A stretch of 64,000 bases of DNA, taken from Candidatus Poribacteria bacterium (GTDB lineage Bacteria > Poribacteria > WGA-4E > WGA-3G). Below the pieces are notes generated by a model that did not search any database, was not told the origin of the DNA, and saw only the letters and a program-made list of their open reading frames with translations. The DNA is taken from contig OZ240248.1 of assembly GCA_965198235.1 (NCBI GenBank), forward strand, positions 1,792,001-1,856,000, in the 5' to 3' direction. Positions 19,183-26,759 of this stretch are shown in pieces. Made by a program: the position numbers and the translations under genes. How positions within the stretch are numbered: position 1 is the stretch's first letter; each line of letters opens with the position of its first letter.

Positions 19183-19540
19183 GTTATTAAAACCTGGGCA
19201 TCGTTCCACTGCGTTTCACGATGGTGTCTGGTGAATTCTGATGTGACTGGGGAGATGTACGGTTTCTAAGAGGGTGGGAGAACCCAAAACCTGCCCTACA
19301 ACAAAGTAGGCACAAGACCTACCTCTACAACCGCTTATAATTCAGAGGCGGTTAGACTTAACCGAAAACCACCGCGAAACGAAATTATGCCTTAAATGGC
19401 ATAATTTGTCTTTGCTTTACATTTGGAGCGGTTTAACCATCAACTCGACTCCGTTATAAATGTTAAAGCACGAGTGTTTTTGCTTGGGGTGTTTTTGCTT
19501 GGGTATTTCTGCGTATTGCTTGGGTGTTTCTGCGGATTTC
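19180..19540. repeat. Composite intergenic repeat cluster: Family B (19180-19226 minus; 19369-19430 plus) and GAAACACCCAAGCAA-type units (19474-19540 minus)
   Basis: aaattatgccttaaatggcataatttgtctttgctttacatttggagc shared with 30132-30213, 33716-33809, 59628-59718; cttgggtgtttc shared with 24302 and 32433. Confidence 0.8.
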
Positions 19541-19586
19541 TTCGATGGTTAACAGATTTAATCGTTTAAAAAGGATAGTTAAAAAT

Positions 19587-22500
19587 ATGGATTCACGAAC
19601 CAAACGCTTTGTTATCACTGTTGTCATACTTGCGGTTGTTGGAGGGCTGGGTGCAATCTGGGTTAACCTTTATCCCGACTTCCTATGGTTTAAGGTAGTG
19701 GACTATTTCAGCGTTTACACTAAAATTCTCACAACAAAAATACTCGTCGGTGCAATTGTTGGCGTTTGTTATTTGGCGATCCTTCTAACGAACCTTGCCC
19801 TAATCTATCGATTCACACCCGCGCATCTCAGTCCGGCTTTTATGGGGGGGGCGGATTTCATGGGTGGTGACGCAAACAACCCCGGTGATACGCGAAAACT
19901 AATTTACGGTGGACTCACACTTCTTGCGGTTCTTTTTAGTGTCATGATGGGTTACGCAGCCAGCGATCGGTGGGAGGTCTATCTACGCTACGTCAATGCT
20001 GAGAACCTCGCTTTCCGTGCCGCTGCCCCCATTATTGTAGAAGAAAGCCTCAATTCTGCCGAAATTCCTGTCTCGCAACTGGAACTCCAAGCGAAAAACA
20101 TAAGAGTCGGGGATCAGATAAGCGTCCGAGTAAATGGGGCAGATCAGGACGCGCGGGTTGAAGCTATTTTGGATAACGCCATCCGTTTGAATACGCCTGT
20201 TCAGATAGAACTGGGACAGAAAGCGTTCTTCACGTCTCCTGCACGCGATCCTATCTTTGATAAGGATGTCGCCTACTACGTTTTCAGGATGCCAGCGGAG
20301 CGTTATGTTTGTGGGACGCTTTTCGGTATCTTTATGTTAGTGACGATATTTGCAATCGTCATCTACTTTTTTCACGGGCTAATCACGGGAGATACCAACC
20401 AGTTTCGGTTCCGTCCACCTTTCAACGTGAAAGCACATTTGTTCACTCTTGTAGGTTTGACACTCCTATTCCGAGCATGGAACTACCGCTTTGCTATGTT
20501 TGATCTGCTCTACACAACAAACGATGTTGTCCGTGGTGGTGGTGGATACGCCGCGATGAAGGCACGACTCCCTATTTTGTATTTCTTGATTGGACTTACA
20601 ATTCTGTGTGCCATCATTTTCATCATTAGTATTTTCTTGAGACGCAACACCCTCGCTTTTGGCGGACTTGCCGTATTCCTGATTGCTGGATTCCTCGGAC
20701 AAGTCTATCCTATCGCTATACAAAGATGGCAAGTTGAACCCAGAAAACAGGTTTTAGAAGCAGATTATATCAACTACAACATCAAAGCAACGCTCCAAGC
20801 ATACGGCTTGGCTGAGAACACTGTGACGGAAGAAGAATATCCGCTGATAGAACAACTCAGTTATGATGACATAAGAAGTCCCGAAAACGCTTCTGTTTTC
20901 AATAGCATTCGTCTCTGGGATTGGCGTCCCTTGCGTAGAACTTTCCGACAACTTCAGGAATTGCGGACACAATATGATTTCAGCGATGTTGATATTGATC
21001 GCTATGTCGTTGATGATGAGATTCGACAGGTAATGCTCTCTGGACGGGAACTCAATATCAACGAACTCCCTGTCGAAATCAGAAGCGACTGGTATAAGCA
21101 GACTTATACCTACACGCACGGCTACGGCGCAGTTGTTAGTCCCGTTAACGAAATTGATAACGGCAAACCTAACATGTACATTCAAGGATTGCCCCCGATT
21201 GACTATGACGAGCAGTGGCAACATCGGTTCAGCGAAACACCGGGACCCCGTATCTATTATGGTGAGCGCACAGATCGCTACGTTATCGTACATCCAGAAC
21301 GGAGCCAAGGACTTGAGTTTGACTATCCGCAGGAAGGGCAACAATACGCCGAGTATGCATATCAAGGAAAGGGCGGCGTGCAACTGAACTCTTTCTGGCG
21401 CAAAATGGTATATATGCTTAAGTTCGATAACGAAATTAACTTCGTGCTCCCTGGTGAAATTTCACCGGCAAGCCGTATTCTCTATGAACGAAACATCAAA
21501 AGACGGATCCAAAAAATCGCACCCTTCTTACGGTACGATGGGGACCCTTACATCATTCTCTATAATGGCAGATTGGTTTGGATGATTGATGCCTATACCA
21601 TCACACACCGATATCCTTATTCCGTTTCAATGCAGGAGTTCGTCAGCGAGAGAAGACGACAGATTGCAAATGCACAGCGAGATGGTGAACCGTGGGGAAA
21701 CTACATCCGAAATTCTGTTAAAGTCATCGTTGATGCTTACGATGGCACTGTCGATTTTTACGTTATGGAGCGGGAACAGGATCCAATCGCGGAATGTTAT
21801 CGAAGAATCTTCCCAAATCTTTTCAAGTCGTTTGAGGAGATGCCGGATGAACTCAAGGCGCATATCCGATACCCGACATCCATGTTCCTTATCCAAGCTC
21901 GCGTCTATCAGGATTATCACATGAAAGACCCAGTGACCTTTTACGCAGGGGAAGATAAATGGGAGATCGGCAAGGAACTTTATGACAATACGGATGCCCA
22001 AACACGGCAAACCGCTCCTCCGCAGCCAAGGAGTCCTTTCGCACCGCAGCAGGTCCCCCAAAGTTCCGGTGCAAATGGACAACCCGTTGAACCCTATTAT
22101 GTCATCATCAGACTACCGGGGCAGGAGCAATCGGAATTTATGTTGATGTTGCCGTTCACACCGCTCAACAAACCGAATCTTACTGCATGGCTCGCTGCCC
22201 GATGCGACTTGCCACAATATGGGCAGCTCCTTGTTTACCGATTCCCAAAAGGGAAACAGGTCGCAGGACCGATGCAGGTGGAGAACTTTATTAGCCAAGA
22301 ACCGGAGATTTCACAGCAGATTAGCCTCTGGAATACGCAAGGGTCCCGCGTCTTACGCGGAAATCTGTTGATTCTGCCCATGAACAACTCGCTACTCTAT
22401 GTTGAGCCTATCTATATACAATCCGAAGATGAAAAAACCGCCATTCCCGAATTACGGCGGGTCGTTATCGGATATGGGAACGAAGTCGTATGGGGTGAAA

Positions 22501-22760
22501 GTCTTGAGGAAGCACTCGTCAATATGTTCGGACAGGGAACAGGGGTCCAGACCACCACTGCGACAATGACAACTGACGACATCGGCGCGGCTGATATCGG
22601 GGATATTCAGACCTCGTTGCAAGGGCGCATTGAACAAGCAAACCGTTATTTCAATCTGGGACAGGAGGCACTACGTACGGGTGATTGGACAGAATATGGA
22701 CGGTATCAGCGACTTTTAGAGGAAACTTTACGTCAACTTGAAGGAAATATACGGGAATAG
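19587..22760 (+). CDS. UPF0182 family membrane protein
   Basis: 'DFLWF', 'DPIF.KDVAYYVF', 'IRLWDWRP', 'YTHGYG', 'NYIRNSVKVIVDAYDG', 'GPMQVE', 'LLYVEPIY'. Confidence 0.92.
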   Translation: MDSRTKRFVITVVILAVVGGLGAIWVNLYPDFLWFKVVDYFSVYTKILTTKILVGAIVGVCYLAILLTNLALIYRFTPAHLSPAFMGGADFMGGDANNPGDTRKLIYGGLTLLAVLFSVMMGYAASDRWEVYLRYVNAENLAFRAAAPIIVEESLNSAEIPVSQLELQAKNIRVGDQISVRVNGADQDARVEAILDNAIRLNTPVQIELGQKAFFTSPARDPIFDKDVAYYVFRMPAERYVCGTLFGIFMLVTIFAIVIYFFHGLITGDTNQFRFRPPFNVKAHLFTLVGLTLLFRAWNYRFAMFDLLYTTNDVVRGGGGYAAMKARLPILYFLIGLTILCAIIFIISIFLRRNTLAFGGLAVFLIAGFLGQVYPIAIQRWQVEPRKQVLEADYINYNIKATLQAYGLAENTVTEEEYPLIEQLSYDDIRSPENASVFNSIRLWDWRPLRRTFRQLQELRTQYDFSDVDIDRYVVDDEIRQVMLSGRELNINELPVEIRSDWYKQTYTYTHGYGAVVSPVNEIDNGKPNMYIQGLPPIDYDEQWQHRFSETPGPRIYYGERTDRYVIVHPERSQGLEFDYPQEGQQYAEYAYQGKGGVQLNSFWRKMVYMLKFDNEINFVLPGEISPASRILYERNIKRRIQKIAPFLRYDGDPYIILYNGRLVWMIDAYTITHRYPYSVSMQEFVSERRRQIANAQRDGEPWGNYIRNSVKVIVDAYDGTVDFYVMEREQDPIAECYRRIFPNLFKSFEEMPDELKAHIRYPTSMFLIQARVYQDYHMKDPVTFYAGEDKWEIGKELYDNTDAQTRQTAPPQPRSPFAPQQVPQSSGANGQPVEPYYVIIRLPGQEQSEFMLMLPFTPLNKPNLTAWLAARCDLPQYGQLLVYRFPKGKQVAGPMQVENFISQEPEISQQISLWNTQGSRVLRGNLLILPMNNSLLYVEPIYIQSEDEKTAIPELRRVVIGYGNEVVWGESLEEALVNMFGQGTGVQTTTATMTTDDIGAADIGDIQTSLQGRIEQANRYFNLGQEALRTGDWTEYGRYQRLLEETLRQLEGNIRE

Positions 22761-22866
22761 CCGTCAGCAATCAGCGGTCAGCAGTCAGCAAGAGGGTATA
22801 ATTTCACCAGAAACCTCTTTACTGATGGCTGATAGCCGTCAGCCGATGGCCATTCCCTGACTGCTA
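22758..22866. repeat. Family A intergenic element (full form with AAGAGGGT...CCTCTT core)
   Basis: ccgtcagcaatcagcggtcagcagtcagcaagagggt...cctctttactgatggctgatagccgtcagccgatggc. Confidence 0.8.
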
Positions 22867-22887
22867 CTAAAAAAGGAGGTGAAACAG

Positions 22888-23133
22888 ATGGCTCTTGATT
22901 GGAAACCACGGCACCGGGACATGATTATTGGGGATATCCCATGGTTAGCCAGAATTGGTGATAAAGCCAGTGCAAAACTGCAGGGTATCCTCGGTGAATA
23001 TATCTACCCGTGACCGCAGGATAAGCTGTTCCTGGAGGAACACGAGATAAGTGCTGAGGCGTTCACTGAGATGGTGAAAAATAACCCCTCAGACGAGGAA
23101 ATGATTACCGCTATGAAGAAATTGGATAGTTAG
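22888..23133 (+). CDS. Small DUF5069-like selenoprotein candidate, 81 aa, Sec at residue 42 (TGA 23011-23013); absent from the ORF track
   Basis: AAGGAGGT RBS 7 nt before ATG; MALDWKPRHRDMIIGDIPWLARIGDKASAKLQGILGEYIYP-U-PQDKLFLEEHEISAEAFTEMVKNNPSDEEMITAMKKLDS; TGA falls at the Cys of the family's GEY.YPCP.D motif; hairpin 23027-23042. Confidence 0.8.
23011..23043 (+). promoter_or_regulatory. Putative bacterial SECIS element
   Basis: TGTTCC-TGGA-GGAACA 6-bp stem with loop Gs 21-22 nt after the TGA. Confidence 0.6.
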
Positions 23134-23139
23134 CTTAAT

Positions 23140-23194
23140 AGCGGTCAGCCGTCAGCGATCAGCAAGAAAACCTCTTTGCTGACGGCTGACCGCC
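23140..23194. repeat. Family A short palindromic element
   Basis: gcggtcagccgtcagc...gctgacggctgaccgc perfect 16-bp arms. Confidence 0.8.
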
Positions 23195-23215
23195 ATTAAC
23201 ACGGAGATCTATTTT

Positions 23216-24283
23216 TTGGATTTAACAAAGTACCGGAACCAGATTAACGAGATTGACGACCAAATTTTAGTACTGCTACAGAAACGGGCTGAGATTTCCA
23301 AGCAGGTCGGTGCGGTGAAAGCAGAAACAGGCGTTGCAGAAGTCTATGTTCCGCACCGGCAGAAGCAGATTATTGAACGTTTGAAGGAACGAAATTACGG
23401 CAAGTTCCCTGAAGCCGCACTTGAGGCGATCTGGACCGAGATTTTATCTGCGTCCCGCTCCTTGCAGGATCCGGAGCGGGTAGCCTTCCTCGGGCCGGTT
23501 GGCAGTTTCGGGCACTTGGCGGCTCTATCTCATTTCGGTACGTCAACTGAGTTTATCCCTGTCCGCCCACAGATTGACATTTTTACTGAGGTTGAATCTG
23601 GTAGAGCGGACTACGGTGTGGTGGCTATTGAAAATTCAGCACAAGGTGCTGTTCGTGATGTTTTGGAACGTTTCCAACGTACGCCGTTGTGGATTTGTGC
23701 AGAGACATTCCAACCGATAAAACAGCACCTTTTATCAAAGTCACCGCTCGCGGAAATTCGGTGTGTTTACTCGCATCCGCAACCTTTCGCGCAATGTAAG
23801 ACATGGTTAAGGCGACATCTCAGTGGTGCTGAGCAGATCGAGGTCATCAGTACGTCTGAAGCGGCGGAACGCGCCGCACAAGAGTCATCAGCAGCTGCCA
23901 TTGCAAGTGAACTCGCAAGCGAAATTTATCAGGTTCCAATCGTCGCAAACGCCATTATGGATGACCCTGATAACACAACCCGCTTCTTTGTGATCGGAAA
24001 GCGCGTCCCAGAGCCAAGCGGGCACGATCGGACTTCGCTGTTTTTCGCAATTCCGGACAAGGTTGGGGCACTACACCAAGCCTTGGGTATTTTAGAGCAA
24101 GCGCAATTGAATCTGAGTTATTTAGAATCTTTGCCGTCGCGAGCCAAACCGTGGGAATATATCTTCTTTACTGAGATGGAGGGTCATATTGCCGATGAAC
24201 GCGTCATCGTGGCACTTGAGCAGCTTGAAGAATTGTGTCGGCACGTCAACGTTCTCGGATCCTATCCGCGCGGGTCTTTTTAA
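23216..24283 (+). CDS. pheA: Bifunctional chorismate mutase/prephenate dehydratase
   Basis: N-terminal CM helix; 'VAFLGPVGS', 'IENS', 'YSHPQPFAQC', 'NTTRF', ACT domain 'ESLPS', 'LGSYP'. Confidence 0.95.
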   Translation: MDLTKYRNQINEIDDQILVLLQKRAEISKQVGAVKAETGVAEVYVPHRQKQIIERLKERNYGKFPEAALEAIWTEILSASRSLQDPERVAFLGPVGSFGHLAALSHFGTSTEFIPVRPQIDIFTEVESGRADYGVVAIENSAQGAVRDVLERFQRTPLWICAETFQPIKQHLLSKSPLAEIRCVYSHPQPFAQCKTWLRRHLSGAEQIEVISTSEAAERAAQESSAAAIASELASEIYQVPIVANAIMDDPDNTTRFFVIGKRVPEPSGHDRTSLFFAIPDKVGALHQALGILEQAQLNLSYLESLPSRAKPWEYIFFTEMEGHIADERVIVALEQLEELCRHVNVLGSYPRGSF

Positions 24284-24301
24284 CGATGGGCCTCTGAGCT
24301 A

Positions 24302-24488
24302 AGAAACACCCAAGCAATACGCAGGGAAATCCGCAGAAATGCCCTATCAAAAACCCCTATCAAAAACACCCCTCCACTGCGTTTCGGGCAGGTTTCTGAT
24401 TTATTCAGAGGTCTTCCTTTAAAAACCCCGTAGGGGTGAGATGTCTGTAGAGGAACGAGGACCAGAGTTAATAGTTAAAAAAACGATG
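24302..24488. repeat. Composite repeat cluster upstream of queG
   Basis: gaaacacccaagcaatacgcag (reverse complement of 19507-19530); ccctccactgcgtttcgggcaggtt (cf. 29572); ACCCC-GTA-GGGGT hairpin; ends ATAGTTAAAAAAACG-ATG. Confidence 0.7.
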
Positions 24489-25655
24489 CCCAGATTTAAT
24501 AGTCTAAAAAAGCAAATTCATGCGCGCGCAAACGAACTTGGCTTTGAACTCGTCGGAATTATACCCGCAGCCCACAGCGACACAATTGAACGGTACCGAC
24601 AGTGGATAGAAAACGGGTATGCTGGGGAGATGAACTATCTCGAAAAACATCTTCTCCTCAAGACAGATGTCCGCCAACTTCTGGCAGAGGCGAAATCGGT
24701 TATTAGCCTCGCGATGAACTATTATACACTCGACCCGCCGAATCCACTCGCGGAAGATCCCGGACGAGGACAGATTTCTCGCTATGCGTGGGGCGATGAT
24801 TATCACGAACTTATTCGTGAACGACTTTTAGAACTTGTCACTTTTATCAAACAGACCGCCGAAAGCGAATTGCGAACCCGCGTATGTGTTGATACCGCGC
24901 CTATTATTGAAAGGGAGTACGCACAGAGAGCAGGCATCGGGTGGATCGGTAAAAATACAAACTTGATTCATTGGCGTTCCGGTTCTTGGTATTTTCTCGC
25001 GGAGGTACTCGTCAGTGTCGCATTGGAATCTGACACGCCGGAGCTGCGCGGAAGTTGTGGCACTTGCACCCGCTGTATTGAAGCATGTCCGACAGACGCA
25101 ATTATTGAACCGAATCTCCTGGATTCCCGGCTCTGTATCTCTTATCTGACAATCGAGCTAAAGGAGAGCATACCAAAGGCACTTCGCCCCAAGATCGGAA
25201 ACTTAATTTTCGGCTGCGACATCTGCCAAGAGGTCTGTCCGTGGAACAGTAAAGCGGTGCCGACAACCGAACCGGCGTTCCAGCCACGCGACGGAAACTT
25301 CGTCCCGAAGTTACTCTCCCTTGTCGGTATGACGCAGCAGGAATTTAGCCGACGATTCAAGGGGAGTCCAGTCAAACGTGCTAAACGTCGCGGATTCTTG
25401 CGGAATGTCCTCGTTGCCATCGGTAATTGGGGGACGCAGCGTGCTGTCCCGGCACTCAAAGACGCATTAGCCGATGATGAATCTTTAGTTCGGGGTCATG
25501 CCGCTTGGGCATTGGGGAAAATTGGAGGCGAAACCGCCAAACGAGTATTGCAAACGCGACTCACCGTTGAAACTCATCAAGATGTTATCACTGAAATTCA
25601 GGACGCGCTCTTAGAGACAGAGCAATTATCAGGGAGAGACGAAAAAAATGCGTGA
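24486..25655 (+). CDS. queG: tRNA epoxyqueuosine reductase QueG with HEAT-like C-terminus
   Basis: 'ISRYAWGDDYH', 'VDTAP..ER', 'GWIGKN', 'CGTCTRCIEACPT', 'CISYLTIE', 'GCDICQEVCPWN'. Confidence 0.95.
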   Translation: MPRFNSLKKQIHARANELGFELVGIIPAAHSDTIERYRQWIENGYAGEMNYLEKHLLLKTDVRQLLAEAKSVISLAMNYYTLDPPNPLAEDPGRGQISRYAWGDDYHELIRERLLELVTFIKQTAESELRTRVCVDTAPIIEREYAQRAGIGWIGKNTNLIHWRSGSWYFLAEVLVSVALESDTPELRGSCGTCTRCIEACPTDAIIEPNLLDSRLCISYLTIELKESIPKALRPKIGNLIFGCDICQEVCPWNSKAVPTTEPAFQPRDGNFVPKLLSLVGMTQQEFSRRFKGSPVKRAKRRGFLRNVLVAIGNWGTQRAVPALKDALADDESLVRGHAAWALGKIGGETAKRVLQTRLTVETHQDVITEIQDALLETEQLSGRDEKNA

Positions 25656-26268
25656 AACAACAACTGGACACCAATTTTCAGCACCCGGTGCTGGCACAAA
25701 TGGACTCGCATGGCACGGAACATCACTCTGGAGTGTTGAAGGGGTTGGACCTATCCACAAAATCAATCCTGAAACCGGCGATGTTGAACTAACGCTTACG
25801 CCTTCCTACCCCGGCAGTTCTGGTATAGAATCGGACGGCGAGCATCTCTGGTATAACAGTATATGGCAGCAAACTTTCTACAAACTCACGATTCCGGAAT
25901 TGGAAGTCGTTACAACATTTTCATCGCCTGGGGAAGGACCACACGGGTTGGCATGGGATGGCGAGCATCTCTGGAGTGTTGACATGAACACGGGGCGGTT
26001 CATCAAACAGTGCCCTGAGACTGGCGAAATCCTTGCTGAACTTCAGACACCAGGCGGTCGTGCACATGGACTCGCATGGGACGGCGAGGCACTTTGGAAC
26101 GCCGACACGAATGACCATGTCATTTACCGAATCCATCCGGAATCTGGTGAGATTCTAAATTCCGTTTCATGTCCAAGTGAACCGCATGGACTAACTTGGG
26201 ATGGCACGGCGTTGTGGTACGGTGACGATTCCGCCAAGACCATCTGTAAACTTAGCATATCAGACTAA
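25648..26268 (+). CDS. Beta-propeller repeat protein (glutaminyl cyclase/YncE-like)
   Basis: Five repeats of 'GL.WDG..LW'. Confidence 0.7.
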   Translation: MRETTTGHQFSAPGAGTNGLAWHGTSLWSVEGVGPIHKINPETGDVELTLTPSYPGSSGIESDGEHLWYNSIWQQTFYKLTIPELEVVTTFSSPGEGPHGLAWDGEHLWSVDMNTGRFIKQCPETGEILAELQTPGGRAHGLAWDGEALWNADTNDHVIYRIHPESGEILNSVSCPSEPHGLTWDGTALWYGDDSAKTICKLSISD

Positions 26269-26591
26269 CGTTGACCGGCAGTCCTGTTCAATAAATGAAC
26301 AGCACGTCGCAAATTCTGTTGACCACAGGTTGAAATCTGTCAATTTCGTGCGAATTTACGGGTGGCATACAATTTGCTAACTGTATGCAAGACATCTCCA
26401 GTGGGATGCCTCTGCAAACGCGTCAAACAGGAGACCTTTGCGAACGTACCTGTAATAATGGCACTTACATCATGCCATCCGTAAGTGGGCTTTGGAATCC
26501 CTTGGCATAGGGGATCCTTATACAAACTGATGTTTATGAGATAGGTTCTAATTTTTCAGATTAAAACTCAGATTTTTATGATTTTTCTGAA

Positions 26592-26631
26592 ATTATGCAC
26601 CCTTTTCGTCTACAAATTGTGTCACTAATTA
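26592..26631 (+). promoter_or_regulatory. Putative ECF-sigma promoter (ATTATGCAC-N17-TGTGTC-N2-TAATTA)
   Basis: Same motif and spacing as 37728-37767 upstream of the ECF sigma gene. Confidence 0.5.
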
Positions 26632-26759
26632 AGTGAAGAAAGGCTCATTACGACAGAATTCAAGGAAAAACGTTACCAATCAAAACAGTTTACCTTAACT
26701 CACACCTGTTTTTGTCAGTTCAGTACATCAGGTAATATTCAATAGCGAGGAGAAGAGAA

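Noticed and set aside
26270-26560. Intergenic stretch with a 61-aa minus-strand ORF or possible ncRNA
   Set aside because: No RBS, motif or convincing structure seen; cannot be supported
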